Positions 27,078-41,352 of a stretch of 64,000 nucleotides of DNA are shown piece by piece. The stretch's first letter is position 1, and each line of letters starts with the position of its first letter. Location of the stretch: assembly GCA_012295275.1 (NCBI GenBank), contig CM022666.1:1550001-1614000 (forward strand), written 5' to 3'. The notes beneath the pieces are model-generated. The model searched no databases and was not told the DNA's origin. It saw only the letters and a program-made list of their open reading frames with translations. The position numbers and the translations under genes were made by a program. Source of the stretch: Chrysomallon squamiferum (taxonomy: Eukaryota > Animalia > Mollusca).

Positions 27078-29118
27078 ACAGCAGTGATAATAGCAGTACC
27101 ACCAGTAAGTGAAGTAACAGTACTAATAATATGTTATAATAGAAGTTCTACTATTAAGTAGAAAAAGCAGCATCAGCTGCAATAGCAGTCGTAGTAGTAG
27201 TAGTAGTAACAGTAGTAACAATGATAAGAATAATATTAAGAAGAAGAAGAAGAAGAGGAAGACGAACTCATTTTTGTTGTTTTCTTGCAACGTGTCCCAG
27301 ACAGGTCTCTGGTTCAGTCTTTCAAGCGAGTCAGACTCACGTTTCCACGTTGAAGCTCTTCACCAGTTTTGTAACCACATTCCATCTCGCTCATGGACCA
27401 AAATAAACATCACTGAAATCAGAAACGTTTACATATTAACATGGAAACGAAACGTTCAAAACTGACATTGAAAAACGTGAAGAAAAAAATAAAATACTGT
27501 TGTAACTGTATTCTTTTAAACAATTCATATTAATAAATTAGTATTAATCTCATTTACTTCTTCTATGTTTTTAATATGCTTACGATCTAACTAGAATTAT
27601 TTCTGAACTTTACGAAATTGTGTTTGCCTTTCGCTCTCATTTTATCGTTTTCTCTTTCTATCTTGTGTGTTGTACTGACAAAGAGTAACTGAAAACTTGA
27701 GTTTGATCGTTTGATAGACTGAAAATACGATTATGTTGGAGCACAGTAATTACAATTTATAATTTAATAATTTTTATATACCTAACAAACTACTTAACAC
27801 AAATAATTTTGAAAAATCGTTATATGCGATTGGCATTTAAAATTTTATTACTCCGAACTTTTAAACTCTAAATGCTAATATATGGGGAGGCCTTAGTTTA
27901 CTTGTGTGTACTTTGCAGTAAACGAGGGTAAAAAAAACACCCCCAAAACAGATTTTAATATTAATGATTATCAAATAAAAGTGATGGGTGTTTTTCTGCA
28001 AATCTGATACAAAAGAAAAAACAAAAACTTCCCTCAGATGGGTTATGGTTAACAGTTAGCGTCGTCTGAAATACACGAAAACCTTCCCTGCGGTAGGAAA
28101 ATACATACATAACTATTATGTTCAAGTTCTTTGTCCTTAAGAGGCTAATTAACACATTATTCATTACAGTCTGAACTACACGAATACCTTCCCTGACGTA
28201 GGAAAATACATACATACGTATTATGTTCAAGTTCTTTGTCCGTAAGAGACTAATTAACACATTTTTCATTACAATTACAATTTTAATAATGACATGTCGA
28301 GAACACCATTGTCCTTGATTTAGGTAGACGATACACATTACAATTTAAATTCTTTGAATAAGACAGCAATAAAAGTCAAATATTTGCGATCTCCTATTTC
28401 TACATACAGTTTTTTCACAGCCACAAATCCTCCATTTCACCAAGATGACAAGACTTTGCACTGAATCTCATCAAAAATGATTTAAGATGACTGATTGCAT
28501 AAACCTTCACTTTAGTAATTTTAATAAACTTAATAAATTATTTAAGGAAATGTTAATAATTATGTTATCGACATTTAAAATTTCATTATGTTGTTTCTTA
28601 TACTGCTAAAACTAACAAATGGTGTAGGAAATTATTATTATTTTATATGTCTTCTTCTTTATTAAGGTGCGCACAAAAGCCTTCAATGACTTAAATGTTA
28701 AAGATTATAAAGTAAAACTCGAACGTTTTCTTGTTAAAAATCTGATACGAGAGAGAAAACAAGCTTCCACCAAATGGGTTATTCTTGACGGTTAGCATTT
28801 GGTTATGTTTCGTGTGTAACATACCCTGAGGTAAGAAAAAAACCATACATAAATATTATCTGTTTCGTAAACTAGAAACCGGACAACAGAACCCTTTTTA
28901 CGAGAATGATGACGACAACAGTTTTCAAGGCAACGATGACGACACTTTTCACAATAACACAGTTTTGTAGCGTTGTTCAGAATCAAAAAAAATAAAATAA
29001 AAATAATAATAAATTTGAAAATAACTAAAAGCTGTATCTGCACACTGGTGTAAAGGAACTCTGGTATTTCGTATCAAAAATATATTTTTTTATCGTGGGG
29101 TATATTAACTCTTAAATA

Positions 29119-29152
<34 letters not shown>

Positions 29153-29939
29153 TACATTAATATTTACGAGCTAATTTAAGTCACCATATATATATATATA
29201 TATATACTATATGTATAGCGATATTGTGTGTGCTTGTGTGCGTTTATGAATGTGTGTGTGTGTGTGCGTGTGTGTGTGAGTTTATTTCGAGGGAATAGCT
29301 GAAAAGAAGATGGGATCAATGTGGTCTTATAAATTATTAAAAATATAAATATAACAACAAATGTAACACAGGTCAATGAAAGAAAAGAATATTTCAGAAA
29401 CTAAAAGAAATTCTCTTATGCATATACATTTTCAGATTTATTTATATGGATGTTTAACACGTGTGTGTATTTTGGAATGCATATTCTGCACATAGATAAA
29501 CGCACATGTCACAGTATTACAAAGTCCTGTCACCATCTGGCAACGTCTGCAGAATACAAAAATAACTTAAACGTTATTAATTTAAATATTAAATGAACGC
29601 ACGTAAAATATCTACAAAATTTAGTGGATTCTTTCTTTGGATGAGACTCCAGTAACAAAGACTAAAAAAAGGTAATCCTCTTTAGATGATGAATATAGAC
29701 AATCTGGAGGAAAGCTCTGGCACAGTAGTACGAAATCTGGAAACGTCATCACAAATGTCAACTGCCCTTCTTCCTCCGGATATCGCAGTTGGAAAATGAG
29801 TCCAATTCATCTCTTGACATATATAAACATAAACACGTTCTGACCAATGTGACTTGGTAATTTATTTATTTTATTTATTTTTTTATTTTATTTATTTGTT
29901 TTTGATATTACTCCAGTACTGATATTATACAATACAAAT

Positions 29940-29970
<31 letters not shown>

Positions 29971-32930
29971 ACACCAGTGATAATAGCAGTAGCACCAGTA
30001 AGTGAAGTAACAGTACTAATAATATGTTATAATAGAAGTTCTACTATTAAGTAGAAAAAGCAGTATGAGCTGCAATAGTAGTCGTAGTAACAGTAGTAAT
30101 AACAATAACAATAATAAGAAGAATATTAAGAAGAAGAAGAAGAAGAAGAGGAAGACGAACTCTTTTTTGTTGTTTTCTTGCAACGTGACCAAGACAGGTC
30201 TCTGGTTCAGTCTTTCAAGCGAGTCAGACTCACGTTTCCACGTTGAAGCTCTTCACCAGTTTTGTAACCACATTCCATCTTGCTCATGGACAAAAATAAA
30301 CATCACTGAAATCAGAAACGTTTACATATTAACATGGAAACGAAACGTTCAAAACTGACATTGAAAAACGTGAAGAAAAAAATAAAATACTGTTGTAACT
30401 GTATTCTTTTTAACAGTTCATATTAATAAATGAATTTTAATCTCATTTACTTCTTCTTTGTTTTTATATGCTTACGATTTAACTAGAATTATTTATGAAC
30501 TTTAAAAAATTGTGTTTGCCTTTCGCTCTCATTTTATCATTCTCTCTTTCTATCTTGTGTGTTGTACTGATAAAGAGTAACTGAAAACTTGAGTTTGATC
30601 GTTTGATAGACTAAAAATACGATTATGTTGGAGCACAGTAATTACAATTTATAATTTAATAATTTTTATATACCTAATAAACTATTTAACACTAATAATT
30701 TTGAAAAATCGTTATATCCGATTGACATTTAAAATTTTATTATTCCGAACTTTTAGACTGTAAATGCTAATATATGATTAGGCCATAGTTTACTTGTGTG
30801 TACTTTGCAGTAAACGAGGGTAAAGAAACCCCACAAAACAGATTTTAATATTAATGATTATTAAATAAAAGTGATGCGTGTTTTTCTGTGAATCTGATAC
30901 AAAATAAAAAATAAAAACTTCCCTCAGATGGGTTATGGTTAACAGTTAGCTTCGTCTGAAATACACGAAAACCTTCCCTGCGGTAGGAAAATACATACAT
31001 AACTATTATGTTCAAGTTCTTTGTCCGTAAGAGACTAATTAACACATTATTCATTACAGTCTGAACTACACGAATACCTTCCCTGACGTAGGAAAATACA
31101 TACATAACTATTATGTTCAAGTTCTTTGTCCGTAAGAGACTAATTAACACATTATTCATTACAATTACAATTTTAATAATGACATGTCGAGAACACCATT
31201 GTCCTTGATTTAGGTAGAAAATACACATTACAATTTAAATTCTTTGAATAAGACAGCAATAAAAGTCAAATATTTGCGATCTCCTATTTCTACATACAGT
31301 TTTTTCCCAGCCACAAATCCTCCATTTCACTAAGATGACAAGACATTGCACTGAATCTCATCAAAACTGATTTAAGATGACTGATTGCATAAACCTTCAC
31401 TTTAGTAATTTTCATAAACGTAATAAATTATTGAACACTAACATTTCATGAAATCTTAATAATTATGTTATCGACATTTAAAATTTCATTATGTTGTTTC
31501 TTATACTGCTGAAACTAAAATATGGTGTAGGAAAATTATTATTATTTTATATGTCTTCTTCTTTATTAAGGTACGCACAAAAGCCTTCAATGATTTTAAT
31601 GTTAAAGATTATAAAGTAAAACTCGAACGTTTTCTTGTTAAATATGTAATACGAGAGAGAAAACAAGCTTCCACCAAATGGGTTATTCTTGACGGTTAGC
31701 ATTGGGTTATATTTCGTGTGTAACATACCCAGAGGTAAGAAAACACATACATAAATATTATCTGTTTCGTAAACAAGAAACCGGACAACAGAACCCTTTT
31801 TACGAGAATGATGACGACAACAGTTTTCAAGACAACGATGACGACACTTTTCACAATAACACAGTTTTGTAGCGTTGTTCAGAATCCAAAAAAAATAAGA
31901 AAAAATAAATAAATAAATTTGAAAATAACTAAAAGATGTATCTGCACACTGGTATAAAGGAACTCTGGTATTTCGTATAAAAAATATATATTTTTATGGT
32001 GGGGTATATTAACTAGTAAATATTTATGACTTTCTATATATATATACACACAATGATACATAAATATTTAAGAACTAATATATGTATGGTGAAATATATT
32101 GCTCATAAATATTTATATTTGTGCGTGTTTGTGTCTGTGTGTATACATTAATATTTATGAGCTAATTTACCTCACGATATCCATATACTATATGTATAGC
32201 GATGTTGTGTGTGTTTGTGTATGTGTGTTTATGTGTGTGTGAGTGTGTGAGTTTATTTCGAGGGACCAGCTGAAAAGAAGATGGGATCAATGTTGTCTTA
32301 TAAATTATTAAAAATATAAATATAACAACAAATGTAACACAGGTCAATGCAAGAAAATAATATTTCAGAAACTTAAAGAAATTCTCTTATGCATATACAT
32401 TTTCAGATTTATTTATATGGATAATTAACACGTCTGTGTATTTTGAGATGAATATTCTCTGCACATAGATAAACACTCGGGAACGCACTTGTCACAGTAT
32501 TACAAAGTCCTGTCACCATCTGGCAACTTCTGCAGAATAAAAAAATAACTTAAAGGTTATTAATTTAAATATTAAATGCACAGTACGGAAAATATCTACA
32601 AATTTAGTGGATTCTTTCTTTGGATGAGACTCCAGTAACAAAGACTAAAACAAGGTAATCCTCTTTAGATGTTGAATATAGACAATCTGGAGGAACGCAC
32701 TGGCACAGTAGTACGAAATCCAGAAACGACATCACAAACGTCATCACAAACGTGAACTACCCTTCTTCCTCCGGATATCGCAGTTGGAAAATGAGTCCAA
32801 TTCATCTCTTGACATATATAAACACAAACACATTCTGACCAATGTGACTTGGTAATTTATTTATTTATTATTATTTTTTTATTATTATTTTTTTTTTTGA
32901 TATTACTCCAGTACTGATATTATACAATAT
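20295..32930 (+). pseudogene. Block of four type B units plus a partial fifth (junctions ~21455, ~24343, ~27345, ~30237)
   Basis: Same deletion junction and spacer as the first B block. Confidence 0.85.
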
Positions 32931-33072
32931 AATATTTATTTATATGAGAGTGTTCCAAAAGATACAATCCTCTGCCGCTTTGAGGCATCTCCACGTCCAT
33001 AGTGAAGACGTCGTCGTTGTCTTGTGTGTTGTACTGACAAAGAGTCACTGCTGATGGAAACACGATAGACAT
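32920..33072 (-). pseudogene. C-terminally truncated copy at the inversion breakpoint (MSIVFPSAVTLCQYNTQDNDDVFTMDVEMPQSGRGLYLLEHS then HINKYYIV*)
   Basis: Homology ends at ~32947. TATA/Inr retained (~33177-33213). The upstream region is B-type. Confidence 0.75.
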
Positions 33073-33379
33073 TATTGCAGTATCAGCTGATATATTCAAG
33101 GGCAAAGAATTTCGTGAACAAGCAAAGTGTTGTGAAAGCAAAATGTTTGTTACAGCAAGTGGAAGAGCTCTGCAAGGAATGAAGTCTCTCAGTGTCTGTG
33201 GTCTGTATTTATAGACATTTTACTGACACCTGGACAGCGTGATGGGAAAACGTGAGATTGATTCACAGAGACAGAAAGCTAGCCGCGCCACGTTGCAAGA
33301 AAACAAATAAAAGTTCCTCTTCTTGTTTTCTTCTTCTTCTTCATCTTCTTAATATTATTCTTATTGATATTACTACTGT

Positions 33380-33415
<36 letters not shown>

Positions 33416-34022
33416 TACTAATACTACTGTTGTAGCTGATACTGCTTTTTCTACTTAATAGTAGAACTTCTATTATAACATTATTAGTACTGTTACTTCA
33501 CTTACTGGTGCTACTGCTACTATCACTGCTGTTACTACTACTGCTACTACTACTGTTTAATTAATTAATTACCAAGTCGCATTGATCACAACGTGTTTGT
33601 GTTTATATATGTCAAGATTTCAGTTGGAGTCATTTTCCAACTGCGATATCCGGAGGAATAAGGGCAGTTGACGTCAGTGATGACGTTTGTGATGTCGTTT
33701 CTGGAATTCGGACTACTGTGCCAGTGCGTTCATCCAAATTGATTGTATTCAAAACCTAAAGAGATTTACCTTGTTTTAGTCTTCGATACTGAAGTCTCAT
33801 CCAAAGAAAGAATCCACAAAGTTTGTAGATACTTTACGTACGTGCATTTAATATTTAAAATAATAACCTTTAAGTTATTTTGGTATTTTTCAGATGTAGC
33901 CAGATGGTGACAGGACTTTGTAATACTGTGACACCTGCCTTCCCGAGTGTTTATCTATGTGCAGAATATTCATTCCAAAATACTCAGACGTGTGAAACAT
34001 CCATATAAATAAATCTGCAAAA

Positions 34023-34222
34023 NNNNNNNNNNNNNNNNNNNNNNNNNNNNNNNNNNNNNNNNNNNNNNNNNNNNNNNNNNNNNNNNNNNNNNNNNNNNNN
34101 NNNNNNNNNNNNNNNNNNNNNNNNNNNNNNNNNNNNNNNNNNNNNNNNNNNNNNNNNNNNNNNNNNNNNNNNNNNNNNNNNNNNNNNNNNNNNNNNNNNN
34201 NNNNNNNNNNNNNNNNNNNNNN
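34023..34222. other. Assembly gap (200 N)
   Basis: Run of N. Confidence 1.
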
Positions 34223-34269
34223 TATGTGCGTATGCATGTATGTATATATGTATGTATGTATTTGTGTCT

Positions 34270-34651
34270 ATAACAAGTACATAGTATCAAGTCTCAAAGT
34301 TATTATGAGTAAACGAAATTTCAGACTAATTGAAATCCAGCCTGAAACATCTGTCTGTGAAACTGAGGCTGACGACATGAACGGAAAACATCGTCTGCTG
34401 ACAGCGCTGAAACTGCGTCACTGACCACGCGGCTGATACCAGGTGCCCAGCACCCGATGCCACACGATGCCACACGATTCCACATCATAGGTTCGCCACT
34501 GCTTCAGGGAAAACGTGAGGACGAAATCGTTTTGGTGATACTGCTGTAAGCTAAATTTCAAACAGCTGTCACATGCTTTGCAGACGTGAACACGCAGCGG
34601 ATGAAGGTAATAATAACTGTAACCGAAAAGGATACTGGAATAGTTTATAAA

Positions 34652-34713
<62 letters not shown>

Positions 34714-34795
34714 TCTTTCTTTTTTCTTTTCAATTTAAACCCGTAATATAATTTATTTCGTGTTAAAATAAAGTTTTAATTCAGAATATATGACG

Positions 34796-34836
<41 letters not shown>

Positions 34837-35341
34837 TGTTTCACAGATGTTCATATATGACGTAATAAACCAGTGCTTGACCGATTCTTTACCTCCATGA
34901 CCTGAGGTTTACCTTGACCCATCCGAATATTCGATGACGTCATTTAGAGTCATATATGTTGAACTAAATCTTTATTTTTTAATTTAATCTTTTCTGGGGT
35001 TGTTGTTGTTTCTTTGATTTTTGCCTTCAAAGATTTGTCTGGTGATAAACTCCACACAGTCTACAAGTCATGATTCACCAAGCATACCGCACTGTTATAT
35101 CTCGTTTTAACTCTTCTTACTTTTTTTTTTTTCTTTCGTTGTTCATTAGAATTCATTTCTCATCAGAGATAAGCAATACATATATAGGTTGTAGCGACAG
35201 AATCATTTTAAATGTTCAGTTACCTAACAAAATGTTCATAATTTTCGTTCGTCACAGTGTAATTATGAAAGAAAGCAACATAAGGAAAGCAAATATTTCA
35301 GTTTAGTGTTCCAGTAATATGTTTACTAAAAATGTTTTCAC

Positions 35342-35372
<31 letters not shown>

Positions 35373-36456
35373 AACATCATCCAGGCATTAAAAAAGGGTA
35401 AGCATTTTTACGTCGAAAACTTATAATTAATGTAGATCATGTATTTCGTTTCGTTTGTGGAAATATTATCAATAACTTTGCCGTCGTCGATTTTAATATT
35501 TTTTATCTGAATTGGTGCTGGTAGCAAACCGTGATCACGAAATCAAATACTGTAATTTTATTCTAATAAGTACATTAAATGTCTATAACTGTATCTTTTC
35601 ATGTTTAATTAATTACCTGTATCTTTATCTAAGATAGAAATTTAATTCCATTCAGTGAATTAGACATCCGGAAAATTTCATTGACTTGTTTTGTTTTTAA
35701 AGAGAATTTGATGAACTAAATGAATTAAATGAAAAAATAGTTCACAAGTGCAGACATTTTCGGAATATAGAATTGCATTTACACCATCATAGCTCAATTA
35801 ATTGTAGTACTATATATATATATATATATGTAACAAAAATATACGTGTAATTTAGAGATAATGACGTACATATTAAGACTACTACTACTACTACAATACT
35901 ACTTTTGCTGTTGTTGCTGGTGTGTTTTTATATATCAGGTTAATTTGAGTCGTATACCTATTTAATTTTATATGCCTATTCTGTACGCTTCATTTTGTAT
36001 TTATGCACACGCACGTACAAGTATAACTGACACAGACCTTGATTTTCAACTTATTTCGTAGCATTAAAGGACTGTGAATTTGTGACACAATTATCACAGT
36101 GTTTGTTTACTAAAAGCTGGAGTTACCTTTCTTATTAACTTCTGACGAACTGTTTGCTGAGCGACTCATCAGACTTTGGTCTTCTAGGTCAAATCTCTTT
36201 GTGCAGAACATAAAAGGTATTCATTTAAATATTTCTTTATTAGCTCAACCATTACAGTGATACCCTGTACAATGTGCAGCTAATGACATTCTGGTAGAAT
36301 TACTTTATTTTTGTTTTTCTTTCCAATATGATCGGAGTCTTCAAAGTGACAAATTTATTAATAATTTCTTCATTTACTGTAAAAAGTGTAATATTATTTT
36401 TAAACAACTGGTGTTTTTATTATTTCATACAAAAAACCTATAACATTATTGTATTT
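34270..36456. repeat. ~2.2 kb non-array segment, near-identical duplicate at ~40830-42970
   Basis: ataacaagtacatagtatcaagtct...caaaaaacctataac occurs twice, ~6.5 kb apart. Confidence 0.92.
34791..34942. promoter_or_regulatory. Cluster of CRE-type sites (TGACGTCA at 34791 and 34935, TGACGTAA at ~34858)
   Basis: Exact motif matches; duplicated at ~41301-41458. Target gene unknown. Confidence 0.4.
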
Positions 36457-36499
36457 TGTACTGACAAAGTGTCACTGCTGATGGAAACACGATAGACAT
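36446..36499 (-). pseudogene. Severely truncated copy (MSIVFPSAVTLCQYKIQ*) with intact promoter and type A upstream region
   Basis: ATG at 36499; homology breaks at ~36457, inside the antisense-target segment. Confidence 0.75.
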
Positions 36500-36772
36500 T
36501 ATTACAGTATCAGCTGATATGTTCAAGTGCAAAGATTTTCATGAACTAGCAAAGTGTCGTGAAAGCAAAATGTTTGTTACAGCAAGTGGAAGAGCTCTGC
36601 AAGGAATGAAGTCTCTCAGTGTCTGTGGTGTGTATTTATAGACACTTCGCGAACATCTGGACGGTGTGACTGGAAAACGTGAGTTAGACTCGTTTGAAAG
36701 ACTGAACCAGAGAGCTGTCTGGGTCACGTTGCAAGAAAACAACAAAAAAGATTTCGTTATCCCCTTCTTCTT

Positions 36773-36803
<31 letters not shown>

Positions 36804-36805
36804 TT

Positions 36806-36944
<139 letters not shown>

Positions 36945-37328
36945 CTACTACTACTGCTACTACTACGACTACTGGTGTTGCTGCTGCTGTGCTACTAGTA
37001 TTTGTAGTGTGTAATTTCAATATTGTAGTATGTGAGTAAAATAAATAAAAATAAAAAAACATTTAAAAAAATGAAATAATAATAATAAAAAAGTCAAGTT
37101 GGTCATTCACAACGTGCTTTGTGCTTTTGTATCCATGGAGATCAACTTCAGTCATTTTCCAACTGCGGAATCCAGACCAATTGCGGCATAATTACATATG
37201 TAGTATTTTACCTCAAGACGGTACAGGTTACCGTGGGAACGTGGCGAAAACGTTATTAATTTAGAAAGTGCATTTTCGGGTGCTGGTAATTTAGCTATAG
37301 CGCAGACGTATTATTGAATACTGTACTA

Positions 37329-37400
37329 TACAGGTGATAATACAGGTGATAATACAGGTGATAATACAGGTGATAATACAGGTGATAATACAGGTGATAA
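37329..37400. repeat. (tacaggtgataa) x6, E-box/GATA 12-mer array
   Basis: caggtg at 37331, 37343, 37355, 37367, 37379 and 37391. Confidence 0.92.
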
Positions 37401-39380
37401 CACAGGAGACCTTGGAAACGTTACAATTCCTTGTTTTAGTCTTTCATTGCTGAAGTCTAATCCAAACAAAATTCCCATAGCCAGTAAATTCGTAAATAAG
37501 CTATGTTTAATATTTAAATTAATAACCTTTAAGTTAGTTTTACCTTTTCTCAGACGAAAGCAAAGTGATTTATTTTATAACTGTATGGACGTTCTTTTTT
37601 CCATGATCGTGTTATATATATTACAAGCCTTCTGATCCAAGCTTAAGAATCAGATATGTGTTAGTTTCCTCAGAGTTTCACTCTGAGATTTTAGACAATT
37701 TTATCATTTCAAATAGGTCACAGCTGTTTAGTATTTTATAATCCGGTTTTTCTATCTACACCACCATTTAAAAATATTAATGAAATACTCTGACTTTACA
37801 ACACTTTACATTTAAACCAATGTAGACACATTTCACTAAGTTTATGGTTAGTAATGTTACTCGTACTTTTCACGATTAATACAGATGGTTCAACCATAAT
37901 ACGTCGTTGATATTGACAAACTCATTTATTATTTTATTTATTTATTTATTTTTTTATTTATTCGTAAAAAAATACATACGTTCATACATACAAACACACA
38001 TACACACATACACATATACATACATACAAGCATACCTTGTCAATTGTTGGTCACAGATCTATGCTTATTTATTCATTACAATATTACTTAAATAATTATC
38101 AAATTAAGAAGAAGAAATGATCACAGTTTCACACCTTAGGAAAAAAATTCAAAACATTAATTAATTTCTGGGGGGAGGGGTAATTTATTTTACTGTTTAG
38201 TACAGAATTAAATTTCAGTAATTATTTTCTTTTTTGTATGCTAGTTTCTTCTGATGATATTTCTGTGATCTGATAACTTTATAAAAAACAGTGAAGTCTA
38301 CGTTTTATTTTTTTTTTTATTTTTTACTAAAAATAAAATCACGTTACAACACTTATATGAAATACTTCAGCAGTCAAAATGTAATATTTTAGATCTACTC
38401 TATCGATGTATCACTTTATCAAAAAAAAAAGAAAACAACAAAAAAACATCTCCATTTCTCTCATATTATTTTCAGTTATAAACACATTGCATTCTAACAT
38501 ACGTCGGCATATTTAAGATGTCTGTTTTTAGACAACTTTACCTTTCATCTTCATCTGCTTAATACAAATATTTCACAAAGAAACTCAGATAAGAAACATG
38601 TAACATCGGAAAACTAGTTGGAGAGTACTAGCTGGAATATGAAACAGACTCGGTGTCCTAAACGTATATTAGTTTCTGGAGTTTATCAGTTCAGAATAAT
38701 AAAATTAAAATTTCAGTCGCATATAAAGATATTTTTAAAAATATATTTGCATTAATTAATTTATTAAGTATATTAAAATTATTAAATTATAAATTATAAT
38801 TTCTATGTTCCAACATAATCGTATTTTTAATCTATCAAACGATCAAACTCAAGTTTTGAGTTACTTTTTGTCAGTACAACACAAAGATAGAAAGAGAGAA
38901 TGATAAAATGAGAGCGAAAGGCAAAATGCAAACATAATTTTCTTAAGTTCATAAATAATTCTAGTAAAATCGTAATCGTAAATAAAAACAAAGAAGAAGT
39001 ATATGAGATTAATATTAATTTATTAATACTAATTGTTTTAAAAGAATACATTTACAACAGTATTTCTTTTCTTCACATTTATCAATGTCACTTTTCAACG
39101 TTCCGTGTCCGTGTTAATATACAAATGGTTTTGGTCTCGGTATGGTTTATTTCGGTCCATGAGCAAGATGGAATCTGGTTACAAAACTGGTGGAGATCTT
39201 CAATGTGGAGTTCACTCAGTCCCATGTCTGAAGTGTCTGAAATCAGTTGATGTACATTTCGTTTTCTTCGATGTAGTAGGATTAAATTTACGAGATCATG
39301 CAATTTCTATGTTCTGCAATTGAACAGATACTGTTCTGCATCATCTCTTTTGATCAGAGAGCCTGCTGAGAAGAAGAATT

Positions 39381-39569
39381 TCATTTTCTGTATGAGTCTT
39401 CCTCCTGAATCCGCGATACTGGGAACATTTGTCTTTCAGCGACGGAGTGTTCCAAAAGATACATTCCTATGCCGTTTTGAGGCATGTCCACGTCCATAGT
39501 GAAGACTTCGTCGTTGTCTTGTGTGTTGTACAGACAAAGAGTCACTGCTGATGGAAGCACGATAGACAT
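39381..39569 (-). CDS. Putative 62-aa micropeptide, divergent copy (MSIVLPSAVTLCLYNTQDNDEVFTMDVDMPQNGIGMYLLEHSVAERQMFPVSRIQEEDSYRK)
   Basis: ATG at 39569, TATA at 39703-39710, intact frame; only ~1 minisatellite unit follows. Confidence 0.55.
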   Translation of the reverse strand: MSIVLPSAVTLCLYNTQDNDEVFTMDVDMPQNGIGMYLLEHSVAERQMFPVSRIQEEDSYRK

Positions 39570-40257
39570 TATTACAGTATGAGCTGATATCTTCAAGTGG
39601 AAAGGTTTTCGTGAAGAAGCAAAGTGTTGTGAAAGCAAAATGTTTGTTACAGCAAGTGGAAGAGCTCTGCAAGGAATGAAGTCTCTCAGTGTCTGTGGTC
39701 TGTATTTATAGTCATTTTGTAGACATCCAGACAACGTGATGGGAAAACGTGAGTTTGACTCATTTGATTGACCGAACCAGAGAGCTAGGCGCATCACGTT
39801 TCAAGAAAACAACAAAACAATTTTCCGCTTCTTTTTCTTCTTATTCTTCTTCTTATTATTAGTAGTATTACGATCACTGCTACTACTATTGCTGCTACTA
39901 CTATTTCTGTTGTGTTGCTATTATTATGCCATTACTACACACTTACATAGAAAAAGAAAGAGAGAGAAAGAAAGAAAGAAAGAGAGAGACATTTGTTTCG
40001 TTTGAAAACACAATATGTATTTTTGTCTCTATGTATTTTATGTGTACGTATGTATTTGTATATCTTAGAATTTGAATGTATCTGTCTTACGTACTTCTGG
40101 ATTAGATCTGGGCGTATTCGGGAACGAACTGGCGCAGGAGGACAAATACAACATCAAAGACCCGTCAGATGCTGCTGAAAGACACGAACATGTGGCACCA
40201 ATTCGCCCTAACTCCGAAGACCGATGACGTTACCGTTCGGCCATCAAGACAGCTTTA

Positions 40258-40258
<1 letters not shown>

Positions 40259-40288
<30 letters not shown>

Positions 40289-40702
40289 TGTATGTATGTA
40301 TGTATGTATGTATGTATGTATGTATGTATGTATGTATGTATGTATGTATATGTACGTATGTATGTATGTGTGTGTATGTATGTATGTATGTATATATGTA
40401 CGTATGTATGTATGTATGTATGTATGTATGTATGTATGTGTATGTATGTATGTATGTATGTATGTATGTATGTATGTATGGATATATGTACGTATGTATG
40501 TATGTATGTGTGTATGTGTGTATGTATGTATATGTATCTATGTATGTATGTATGTATGTATGTATGTATGTATGTATGTATGTATGTATGTATGTATGTA
40601 TGTATGTATGTATGTATGTATGTATGTATGTATATATGTACGTATGTATGCATGTATGTATCGATGTATCTATGTATCTATGTATGTATGTATGTATCTA
40701 TG

Positions 40703-40733
<31 letters not shown>

Positions 40734-40780
40734 TCTATGTATGTATGTATGTATGTATGTATGTATGTATGCATGTATCA
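40259..40780. repeat. (TATG)n microsatellite
   Basis: Visible directly; source of the MYVC/HTYI pseudo-ORFs. Confidence 0.98.
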
Positions 40781-41183
40781 TGCATCTTTGTATCTATGTA
40801 AATGTTATTATGTATGTAAACGTAAATTTCATAACAAGTACATAGTATCAAGTCTGAAAGTTATTATGAGTAAACGATATCTGTCTGTGAAACTGAGGCT
40901 GACGACATGAACGGAAAACATCGTCTGCTGACAGCGCTGAAACTGCGTCACTGACCACGCGGCTGATACCAGGTGCCCATCACCCGATGTCACACGATGT
41001 CACACGATGCCACATCATAGGTTCGCCACTGCTTCAGGGAAAACGTGAGGACGAAATCGTTTTGGTGATACTGATGTAAGCTAAATTTCAAACAGCTGAC
41101 ACATGCTTTGCAGACGTGAATACACAACGGATGAAGGTAATAATAACTGTAACCGAAAAGGATACTGGAATAGTTTATAAATG

Positions 41184-41223
<40 letters not shown>

Positions 41224-41305
41224 TCTTTCTTTTTGGTTTTCAATTTAAATCCGTAATATAATTTATTTCGTGTTAAAATAAAGTTTTAATTCAGAATATA
41301 TGACG

Positions 41306-41352
<47 letters not shown>

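Noticed and set aside
34505-34535. gtgaggacgaaa as part of a hammerhead ribozyme
   Set aside because: The required upstream CTGANGA core and complementary stem II strand are absent.
40224-40845. Long MYVC/HTYI, poly-I/L, SLSL and ERER ORFs throughout the window
   Set aside because: They are translations of (TATG)n, (ATT)n and (AG)n microsatellites.
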